NCBI GenBank assembly: GCA_051362555.1
Contig: CM120641.1
Coordinates: forward strand, 48,924,401-48,988,400
Direction: 5' to 3'
DNA: 64,000 nt
Source of the DNA: Lingula anatina
Taxonomy: Eukaryota; Animalia; Brachiopoda
Shown here: piece by piece, positions 55,104 to 64,000 of the stretch
Layout of the letters: every line of letters starts with the position of its first letter
Position numbering within the stretch: position 1 is the stretch's first letter
Position numbers and translations under genes: made by a program
The notes under the pieces: model-generated
Seen by the model: the letters and a program-made list of their open reading frames with translations, nothing else
Told to the model about the DNA's origin: nothing
Database searches by the model: none

Positions 55104-58100
55104 ATGGCCGCCCCCAGAAGAAAGCCGCCCACCAGCCTTTCTCGCTTTTTGGACGGTGATTTCTGGGAGGTGAAAGAAAAATTACGTGAATATATTGAAG
55201 GAAATGAACTTTTCAATTTACGGTTAGTTCCTCCGTATGAATCAAATCGTTAAATGAACGTATGCCCCACAAATTTGATCGAAAACTTGTGCCAGTAGCC
55301 GCAGTGCTGTGGTTAACCTTGGATCCTAAATAATTATTTTTGGATCCTAGAGATAGTGGTAGTATTGGTACCTTTTTATTATTTTGTTGAAACTTTGATG
55401 ATTTGTTTCAACAAATGAATGGTTACGATGTGAATCTTTTTGTCTTTTAACCGAATTGTGTTGTCATTCATTTTTGTGTGATGTAATTTTTGTAAAAATA
55501 ACTGAAGTTTGAAAAGTAAAGTATAAAGATAAGAGTAAGATGGAGTCAAGTTTTAATTTCAGCACAGATTTTCCAGAATGAGGGTTACAGTTGTAAAGAA
55601 CAGATAAAAATGAACTTATTCAACAGCAAACTAAATTACATTTACACAATGGGAAATGATTAGAATGGTCATCTAAATATAAGCCAGTCCTACAGAGTGT
55701 TCATATAATCTAGGCCAGAACTTTGTTAAGAGCATTTATACCTAAATCTCTAAAAATCCCATAGCATTTGTCTGTATTCTTTGTAGGTTTGACCTGCCGC
55801 TGTCAGATTACAGAGATGTGACCAGGGAAAGGGCACTATATTTATTCCGTCTTCCTGAAATACAAGAACAATTTGATGAACAGGTTAGTAAGGGTTCTGT
55901 TGCAAACATGAATGTAAGAGTGGGTTTGAATGCAGGACATCAACATTTCTTTCAAAGTATGACATGTACCAGTACAAAAAATTTGATAATATAATGTAAT
56001 ATAATGGCTTTTTAACATATTTTCGTAACATCTTTTTCTAATTGATGAAATATTCTATTTCATAAATAAAAACCTGCATGAGACAAATATATGCCAAAGT
56101 CAAATTTTTCAGGCATCTTCAAAACAGAATTTTACAAATAGAAGTTTAGCATTGGGAGAACTATGCTCAGCCACAGACTTGTCTGTTGGCATCAAGGTGA
56201 GTTGCTTGCATGTTATCAAAATCATCATTCTCTATGTAATATTAATGAGTTTGTTTTCTATAGAGATGACTATATCATTAAAACACTATAACACTACTGG
56301 CAAGCATATGCTAATAGGTATTAATTAAAAATTTAAAAACAAATATTTCAAACTAGTAAATATCAGTTGTGACCAGAAGTGGGTAACTTTATGTCATCCT
56401 TAACAGAAATTGGTTTTTCCATATATTCCAGAGTGGAGTAATGGCTTGGTTATTTGGTGGAGTTATCACAAACCTTGGTTCGGAAGAACACATAAAAAGA
56501 TGGTTTGTCCCTCTCAAGGTTAGTTTGTTTGAATTGCATCTTATGAAATTAGTATCTTTGAGTAACTCTGTACATATCTTAGATGCTTGATGGGGTTTGC
56601 TTTTGTTTGTGATATTATGTGCTGTATTTTTGTGATACATTGTAGAAATAGAGAGTTTGGTAAGTTTGATTTGGAGATATGACAAAAAGGTTAATGAATC
56701 TAAAAATTATTTTTCTCAATTTCTTGGTTTTTGGAATTATGATTATTTTACTTCTTAGGAATTGAAGTTCACTGGTATGTTTGCCATGTCAGAGAGAGGC
56801 CACGGTAGCAATGTGAGGGGAATATTAACACAGGCTCACTATGATCAAGATACTAAGGTAGATAGTTATCTAGTTTGCATTTTTCACTGTTTGAAAGGTC
56901 ATTATATGTTTTTTAAATCACTTTCTGTAACCTAATGAAATGATATTCAAAATGAGATTACAATCTTTTTTGAGAAGTGGAGTAATTCTAGTAAAGAAAT
57001 TGATAGCAAAGTCCGATGCAGTAAAGAGCTGTAACTAAACCACATTCCTTTTCATCTCAGATGTTTTGAATTTTTTATTTTGTAGCAATTTATCATCAAC
57101 ACTCCATGCCTTGATGCAGAGAAAATCTACATTGGAAATGCTTTGCAGGGAAATTATGCAGCAGTATTTGCACAAGTCTATGTGAAAGGACAATGCAAAG
57201 GTAATTACTAGTAAAAACAGGTACAAATATAACTTTCTTCAGGCCCTGTTAACTCTTTATTAAAATGATATATAATAAAAACCTATTTTTTCTGCTATGA
57301 TATGGCTATTGTGAAGGCAAGAAAATACATTCAGATATCTCTTATCATTATTGTTCATGTTCTGCGCATATCTGAGTCTAGGTCCACACTGTTTTATAGT
57401 ACCAGTGAGAGATGAACAACATATCTCTAATTATTACTGTTCATGTTTTGTATGTGTCTAGGACCACACTGTTTTATAGTACCAGTGAGAGATGAACAAG
57501 ATGTCTCTAATTATTACTGTTCATGTTTTGTATGTGTCTAGGTCCACACTGTTTTATAGTACCAGTGAGAGATGAACAGGGGCAGTTGCTACCTGGAATC
57601 ACCGTCACAGACATGGGACTAAAAGAAGGTAGGAAGATGAAGTAACTAAGTTCATTTATGGTTGAAATTAAATTGATACCTGTGTCAGCAGACAGGTGTT
57701 TTTTTAATTGCAGTACCTTGATCATTGCCCATTGATTTCCATATTACTTTTAATAGTGTCATTATTTAAGTTTGGGTTTATGTATATGATTTTTTGTTTT
57801 TATTTTGAGGTTTAAATGGTGTGGACAATGGGCTTGTTGCCTTTGACAATGTCAGAATTCCCAGAGAAAACTTACTGAACAGGTCAGTTATGTGGTATAG
57901 ACATTAGGACTTAGATGTCCCCAGCTATTGCAGCTGTAGTCGGTACCAAATTTACTTTCAAAATGTTATCTGAGAAACATCAAAATTAATGTTGAATTAA
58001 TTTCTACATGATCTGCATGTTGTGTAAAGTGATTTTGATTCAACTGTTAATTATTTTATGATGTAGAGGCAATATTTCTGTCCAGGTTTGCAGATGTGAG

Positions 58101-59358
58101 TTTAGAGGGAGAGTATGTCACCAAGATAACCAATGATAATGCCAGGTTCAATGCTATGCTGGGCACCATGTTGGCACCTAGGTTAGCATTGTGTTTTCAA
58201 GCACTGGCAGCTACCAAGGTGGGTGGAAATAAGGAACACAACTTAAGGACCAGAATTAACTTTTTGTATCAAAATGGAATGATCTTATTGATGACCATTA
58301 CATGACATTAATTTACCATGTTTAAAACATTGACATATCGGTAGTTTTATAATGAGATGGTAATTCTAGTTTGTGTTGAATGATGAGTAAGATGAAGTTG
58401 GAATTAGCATGAAAGATATGATTAAAAAAATTTCAGTGAAAAGTTTTACCTCAGTACCCCCGCCCCCCCTTGCCTCTGCAACATAATGTTAGTTTTTACA
58501 TTTTAACTATGATCATTCATATTTAATAAGTTTTATATTCTAATTATTTTTGTTTGACAGGTTGGTTTGGAAATTGCAGTGAAGTACAGTTTAAGGTAAT
58601 ATGTCAGATTATTATATCATATTAACACTCATAATATTCTTATAGTATCTGTTGTGTTAATGCTATCATTTTAATTGTTAATCTGCTACTAGAAAAGTTG
58701 CTGTGGTTGTTGTTGTTTTTCCTCTACGAACATGTCACTTATGTTAATTCCCCAACTTATCATTTTGTATCCAGCTAAAGTCTAATAATTAATAAAGAAT
58801 TATCAAATTTTTCTGTGACATTAGTCTTATGTATCTTATGTGACATTGCAGAAGGCGTCAGTTTGGTCCCAGTGAAGGTCCTGAAGAATTAATAATGAAT
58901 TATCAAACTCACCAGCTCCGTCTGATGCCGTGTCTTGCCACGTGTCTGGGACTGACATTTGCAGTGAGGTAATTGATTTAGATCAGAGATGATAGGTTTG
59001 TGTAGCCACAAAATGAAAGCTGAAACTTATGACAAGATAAGTTTTTATGCACTGTTAGCTCACTCAGCAAGAAATGTAAAAGATGTACATTGGTATTATG
59101 TTGTACACATGTGTGACACTTATTAGAAATCTCTTGATGTGTGAATGTCTGGTAATTTTATATGACATGGGAAGTCACTCCACCTTAAAGTTTGCTTTAT
59201 TTAGACATGCTGGTTCATTGCTGGATGATGCTCTGTGCAACCAGAGAGATTTGGTCAATGAAAGAGGACTCCAGGCATTGGCGGCAGGCCTGAAAGCTTT
59301 CTGTACGTGGGAGAGTGTGAAGACATTGCAGACTTGCAGGGAGAGTGTAGGAGGCATG
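55104..59358 (+). CDS. ACOXL: Acyl-CoA oxidase-like protein, first ~12 exons; rest of the gene not seen in the window
   Basis: Spliced exons give [20 protein letters not shown]|[69 protein letters not shown]...DMGLKE|[14 protein letters not shown]...[20 protein letters not shown]...[17 protein letters not shown] and YIGNA are as I recall them in ACOXL rather than ACOX1-3. Confidence 0.85.
57335..57578. repeat. 80-bp tandem repeat x3 spanning an ACOXL splice acceptor and exon start
   Basis: TCTAG|G.CCACACTGTTTTATAGTACCAGTGAGAGATGAACA at 57377, 57457, 57537; only the last continues as the exon. Confidence 0.93.
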
Positions 59359-59838
59359 GTAGGTTCTGGTGGTATCTGAAAGTTTTCTGTATGTGGGAGA
59401 GTGTAGGAGGCATGGTAGGTTCTGGTGGTATCTGAAAGCTTTCTGTACCTGGGAGAATGTGAAGACTTGCATTTTGAAAATCTAATAGAAATTAAAGTGC
59501 CCCCTTAGAATAAGGAGTATTTAAAAGCACACACAGGGAAGGTGCCTGCAGCTGGCCTTTGTTTCCCAGGGTTGTTACTAGTCATGTGAAAAACAATTTT
59601 TGTCCTATCAGCTCTTAGTAACTAGGCCACGTGAAAAACATCCGGTAGCGTGGCCAATGGTCATTCAGCTTAACTTTGTAGGCCCTATTAACTTTTCACT
59701 CCTGGGGCAGTCTTTGTTTAGCGCCGCCAGCTGAAACATGCATAATTTTTAGCGTTAGCACACCGACCTTGCTGTTTAAGCCTATTCTGCTTTGCTCTCA
59801 TTAAATACTCGTTTTACTACATCTACTACGGCGGCACC

Positions 59839-60952
59839 ATGGGCGAGGAGTTCCAGGCTTGGAGAAACGAGTACGAACTCAGCGATCAGACAATGACCAT
59901 TCTGAGCGAAGCAGGATTCACTTCGACGAGATCCTGCAAGATGCTGACGGACACGTTGATCCACAAAACTTTCAGCAAAACGCTACCGCTAGGGCAGCTG
60001 CTGCTATTGCAGGAAGCAGTTTCATCACTAAACACAGATGTGAGAACGAAACCAACTGCAGCAAGGCCTGTCGCCGACGCTGCAGTGGACCCTCCTTGCG
60101 AGACGGACGGAGCCAGGGCAGGCAGCAGCAGAGGACCGGAAGCGCAGCCGCCATCTTCCTCGGAGACAGGATGTGACGTCACAAACATGGCGGCGCCCAC
60201 TGCAATCGAGGGAGAATTAGACTACGCGAAATTATGTCAACTTTTGGGAACCAAGACGACCGAGGGAGTTCATAAGGAATCAACGCCTCCTCAAGGTAAG
60301 AGCACCTTTGACCCGTTTGATTCCCTGGGTGCTTCTAACCCCGCAAAACGCCATTATGACGTCCGGGACTTTATTATGTTTAAACAGCAGTACAACACTA
60401 GCCAAAACGACAGCGCGACCGTGAGGATTGGCGACTTCAATGTATCCCTCAGCGACAGACGTCCCCCCCTTAGAGAGCATAACGCCCATGCAGTACACCG
60501 AGGCTAGCATGAAGATCCTCTCGGAAATGATAGTGAAAGAGGGCATAGACTTGGCAACTGTAGCGAGTTACGTTAGCTACATCACAAAGATCACTTGCAT
60601 GGCACAAGCTTTCGAATGGCAGTCGGTGCTACGTTATGATATGGAATACAGGAAAGCCCAGGCTACACAGGGGTTTCAGTGGGGCACTGACAGTGTTTTT
60701 CTCATGCAATTGCTGTTGAAATCAGAAAAAGCCGACTAACCAACTCGCCCCCAAAGACAACAAAGGCAAAGTAAATCGGATCCCTCTACAGGCCGCCCAG
60801 TTTGCCTCAAGTATAATGGACGGCTGGGCTGCAATATCAGGAACTGTAAATTTTCCCACATCTGCAGCACCTGTTTTAAATCTGGGCATGGAGACTTTAC
60901 TCATAAGCAATCACAACAGCAGCCAGGCTTACAGCAGCATAAGGACTACTGA
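59839..60952 (+). pseudogene. Gag-like ORF1, broken by a frameshift (C7 run ~60473-60479) and a premature TAA (60737-60739)
   Basis: ORF 59839-60507 joins the ORF 60428-60739 frame (LESITPMQY...WQSVLRYDMEYRK...WG). The same frame continues past TAA into a Cys/His finger CLKYNGRLGCNIRNCKFSHICSTCFKSGH and ends at TGA 60950-60952. Confidence 0.8.
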
Positions 60953-60955
60953 CAG

Positions 60956-62611
60956 ATGCCCGGGGATTCCCCCACAGTATCCCCACTAACCAATAACATA
61001 AAGACATGGAAAGAACTTATGAGAGGGGATTATGATTATGACTTCGTAATAGGGGGCATAGAGACGGGTTTTAAAATTGTAGACGATATAAAGGCGGATA
61101 ACATAGCACCAGCAAAAACCAAAAACAGCAAATCAGCGCTGCACCCAGACTTTAAGTCCAAAGTTGAGGAACAACTCCTTTCTGAACTACGGGAGGGACA
61201 TTTGATTAAGCCACACATGTCTCCAAGAGTTATTAGTGCGTTATCGGCTGTACCTAAGCCAGACGGAGGAGTGCGCGTAATCCATGATTACAGTCGGCCA
61301 ACAGGAAATGCGGTAAATGACTATGCTTCAAAGCTACCTTTCCAGTGTGAGAAACTAGAAAATGCGCTATCTCTTATCAAGCCTGGCTATTTCCTCGCAA
61401 AAATTGATCTCCATTCTGCATATCGCTCAGTGCCACTCCACCCTTCACAGTACTGCCTCACAGGCCTTCAGTGGCATTTTCAAGGGTCATCGGCAGAACA
61501 AGTGTTAGCAGACACTAGAATCCCGTTCGGAGCCAGGAAATCACCTATGATTTTCCATCGCATCACCCAGGCTGTGAAAAGGATAATGGAAAAGCAGGGA
61601 CACAAACTGGTGGTGTATCTGGATGACTTTTTAGTGGTGGGCAAGACTCGTGAAGAGTGTTTTACTACGTACAATGAGCTCATCGCCCTTCTCCGGCAGC
61701 TGGGCTTCAGAATTAATTGGAAAAAGGCTGTTGACCCTACTACCAAACTGACCTTTCTGGGTACAGTGATTGATACAACGCAAGGTACACTTTCACTTGA
61801 GAAGGGAAAAGTGGAGGAACTTTGCCAGATATTAAGTTCTTTCAGTCGCCGTACACGTGCCACCAGAAGGCAGCTGGAATCATTGGCGGGCAGACTGTCG
61901 TGGGCAGCCAATGTGATTCCATGGGGTAAGACCCACCTACGTCCAATTTTTAATAAGATTAGAGAACTTAAGCAACCATCGCACAAATGCCGAGTGAAGG
62001 ACATTCACAATGAAATAGACTGGTGGCTTGCGTGGTTACGAATGGGAAACAATACGCGTCTGATATGGGACATGCGCGAGCAAGTACATGTTTACACAGA
62101 CTCTAGTAGCACCGCAGGGGGAGCTTTCCACTACGGGGATTGGTTCTATACCAACTGGCTTTCAGACAGCCCAGTTCTGAGCGTTCAGCATATTAACGTC
62201 CAGGAACTCGCAGCTGTAGTCCTGACAGCGCATAGATGGGGAGTGACATGGAAGAACAAGCGTGTTGTTATTCATACAGATAGCAAAGTGGCAATGGACA
62301 TAATAAACAAAGGGGCCTCACCCAACGTCATGTGTAATAATCTTTTAAAAGAGCTATCGAGCCTGGCTCTGCATTGTAACTTTGCGTTGGAAGCATCTCA
62401 CATAACGGGGACGGACAATGTCCTTGCTGATTCAATCTCGCGTTTACATGAGCCAGGAAAAGCCTTCCAATTAACTGACCTGATAAATCTGTGGTACTCA
62501 TGCCTAAATATATTACCACCCGCATACTACCTTAATAACCACATGACTGCTCATTCACTTATGTTTCTGTATTCACAGGGAATACTGCCACGAAGCTATG
62601 TAGAGAACTAG
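60956..62611 (+). CDS. DIRS/Ngaro reverse transcriptase-RNase H
   Basis: 551 aa; VPKPDGGVRVIHDYS, KIDLHSAY, PFGARKSP, YLDDFL, TFLG; RNase H YTDSS, INVQEL, HTDS, NVLADSISR. Confidence 0.93.
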   Translation: MPGDSPTVSPLTNNIKTWKELMRGDYDYDFVIGGIETGFKIVDDIKADNIAPAKTKNSKSALHPDFKSKVEEQLLSELREGHLIKPHMSPRVISALSAVPKPDGGVRVIHDYSRPTGNAVNDYASKLPFQCEKLENALSLIKPGYFLAKIDLHSAYRSVPLHPSQYCLTGLQWHFQGSSAEQVLADTRIPFGARKSPMIFHRITQAVKRIMEKQGHKLVVYLDDFLVVGKTREECFTTYNELIALLRQLGFRINWKKAVDPTTKLTFLGTVIDTTQGTLSLEKGKVEELCQILSSFSRRTRATRRQLESLAGRLSWAANVIPWGKTHLRPIFNKIRELKQPSHKCRVKDIHNEIDWWLAWLRMGNNTRLIWDMREQVHVYTDSSSTAGGAFHYGDWFYTNWLSDSPVLSVQHINVQELAAVVLTAHRWGVTWKNKRVVIHTDSKVAMDIINKGASPNVMCNNLLKELSSLALHCNFALEASHITGTDNVLADSISRLHEPGKAFQLTDLINLWYSCLNILPPAYYLNNHMTAHSLMFLYSQGILPRSYVEN

Positions 62612-63552
62612 ACCAAGAAGTTGCCTTTTGGAAGTCTCAGCTATTCGCTACATCCACAAAAGTGACTTACAGAACACACCTTAATTCATACATTAACTTC
62701 TGCAATGCCATTAACTGTGCACCACTCCCGGTGTCAAGTAAGAACGTGTGCCGCTATGCTGCCTTTCTGGCACGCTCTTGTGCTGTCTCGACAGTCCGTC
62801 AATACCTAAACATCATCAGGATACTGCACATGGAGTTTGGCCTAGGCAATCCTCTTACATCATGGGAACTTAAGACCATCCTAGGGAGAATAAGACGACA
62901 CAAGGGAGATCAAGGGAACCAAAAACTGCCGCTACTTCCAGAGCACCTTTATAAACTCCATGGCACATTCAACCTCAGCAACTTGCAGGACCTACAACAA
63001 TGGGCCGCTTGTCTTTGTGCTTTCTTTGGACTTCTTCGAGTAAGCAATGTGACAGTGAAATCCCAGTCTGAACCAGGACATTCTTTGTGTCGGAAAGATT
63101 TTTCTGTGATGGGGAAAGGGGGCATACTTAGGATAGCCAAGTCAAAGACAAATCAGTATGGACACCCGCCACATACAGTTGTGCTGCCTTACATAGCAGG
63201 TTCTGCCCTCTGTCCCATCACAACATTGTTAAAATTCCTGGGTGCCCAGCTTGCAGCTCCTGACACACCCCTCTTCTCCTACACAGATGAGAAAGGAAAT
63301 TTATCTGTGCTTACGCAATCTCTGTTTCGTCGTCGCCTCATCCAGGCTTTGAAAGATATTGGACTCTCCTCAGCCACCTACAACACCCACAGCCTTCGCA
63401 GAGGGGGAGCAACTTGACTGATGTCCGTAGGTACACCCCTTGCCATGGTCAAAGCCATGGGGGATTGGAAGAGCGACGCCGTCTACGAATATATCAAACC
63501 GTCTACAGCTATGAAGCTAGATGTCGTTACATCAGCAGTGCAGAAACTATAA
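62579..63552 (+). pseudogene. Tyrosine recombinase with a premature TGA at 63415-63417
   Basis: AFFGLLRVSN, SKTNQ, CP, THSLRRGGAT*LMSVG...GDWKSDAVYEYI; the frame continues to TAA at 63550-63552, so the catalytic Tyr lies beyond the stop (probable TGG>TGA). Confidence 0.9.
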
Positions 63553-63632
63553 GCTTTTGTGAGTCCACACACAACTTTTATGTCGCCAGATGCATGCTCA
63601 AGTGTGGACATGAACTGTGTCATGTGCAATTT

Positions 63633-63867
63633 AATTTAAAGATTAAACGAGACTTACCTGTAAGTTGAAGTTTGATTGGAATTTAACTCTCATCTGGATC
63701 ATTTGAGGGATTATACGAGATATGCGTGCGCCTGCCCCCAACAAAGGAAGAAGGGTGGGTGTTAACTGAAAATAAGGGTGGGCGTATAATCCCTCAAATG
63801 ATCCAGATGAGAGTTAAATTCCAATCAAACTTCAACTTACAGGTAAGTCTCGTTTAATCTTTAAATT
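63633..63867. repeat. Perfect 85-bp inverted repeat with 65-bp loop (DIRS1-like terminal fold-back)
   Basis: 63633-63717 is the exact reverse complement of 63783-63867; a diverged direct copy of 63680-63720 follows at ~63864-63901. Confidence 0.9.
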
Positions 63868-64000
63868 TAACTCTCATCTGATCATTCGGGATTCTACGAG
63901 ATTTCAAAGCTGTCGTGAACACGAACAAAGAACTGTTGAAACAAGTTTTTTTTTTTTTTTTTTTAATGCAACTCAAACAATATTCTCATGAATCATAATC

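Larger units (their letters stand above)
59500..63552 (+). mobile_element. Tyrosine-recombinase retrotransposon (order DIRS, Ngaro-like organisation), mutated, in an ACOXL intron
   Basis: gag - RT/RNase H - YR order, no methyltransferase region evident after RNase H, GC and CpG content above the host. Left boundary is approximate and terminal repeats are not resolved. Confidence 0.9.

Noticed and set aside
60468-60490. Programmed +1 frameshift at CCC CTT AGA (Ty1-like CTT AGG C)
   Set aside because: It lies in a C7 homopolymer in a copy with two other nonsense lesions; an indel or assembly error is simpler.
61480-62004. 174-aa antisense ORF and other shadow ORFs over the RT, TALE, GPCR and BUB1 exons
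   Set aside because: No recognisable motifs; expected on the opposite strand of GC-richer coding sequence.

Overview
AT-rich, intron-rich eukaryotic (invertebrate, most likely spiralian/lophotrochozoan) genomic DNA. Most short ORFs in the track are exon fragments or noise. Gene order: PEX6 (-, 3' end probably outside the window), head-to-head with ERCC2/XPD (+, 24 coding exons reconstructed by hand, about 762 aa), convergent with an undivided BUB1/BUBR1 'MadBub' kinase (-), head-to-head with ACOXL (+, incomplete). ERCC2 hosts three nested protein-coding genes: intronless LIPT2 (same strand, intron 1), an intronless rhodopsin-type GPCR (antisense, intron 13) and an 8-exon divergent TALE homeobox gene (antisense, intron 18). 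Mobile DNA: two Helentron/HINE-like elements carrying 146-bp satellite arrays, several MITEs (one with a RecQ-like fragment, three TTAA-flanked Kolobok-like copies), and a mutated tyrosine-recombinase retrotransposon (DIRS/Ngaro type) in an ACOXL intron. The retrotransposon shows an in-frame splice route joining the Gag N-terminus to the ATG-less recombinase, and an in-frame gag-UGA-pol junction. About ten tandem duplications straddle exon-intron junctions. All calls come from reading the sequence; no database search was run.
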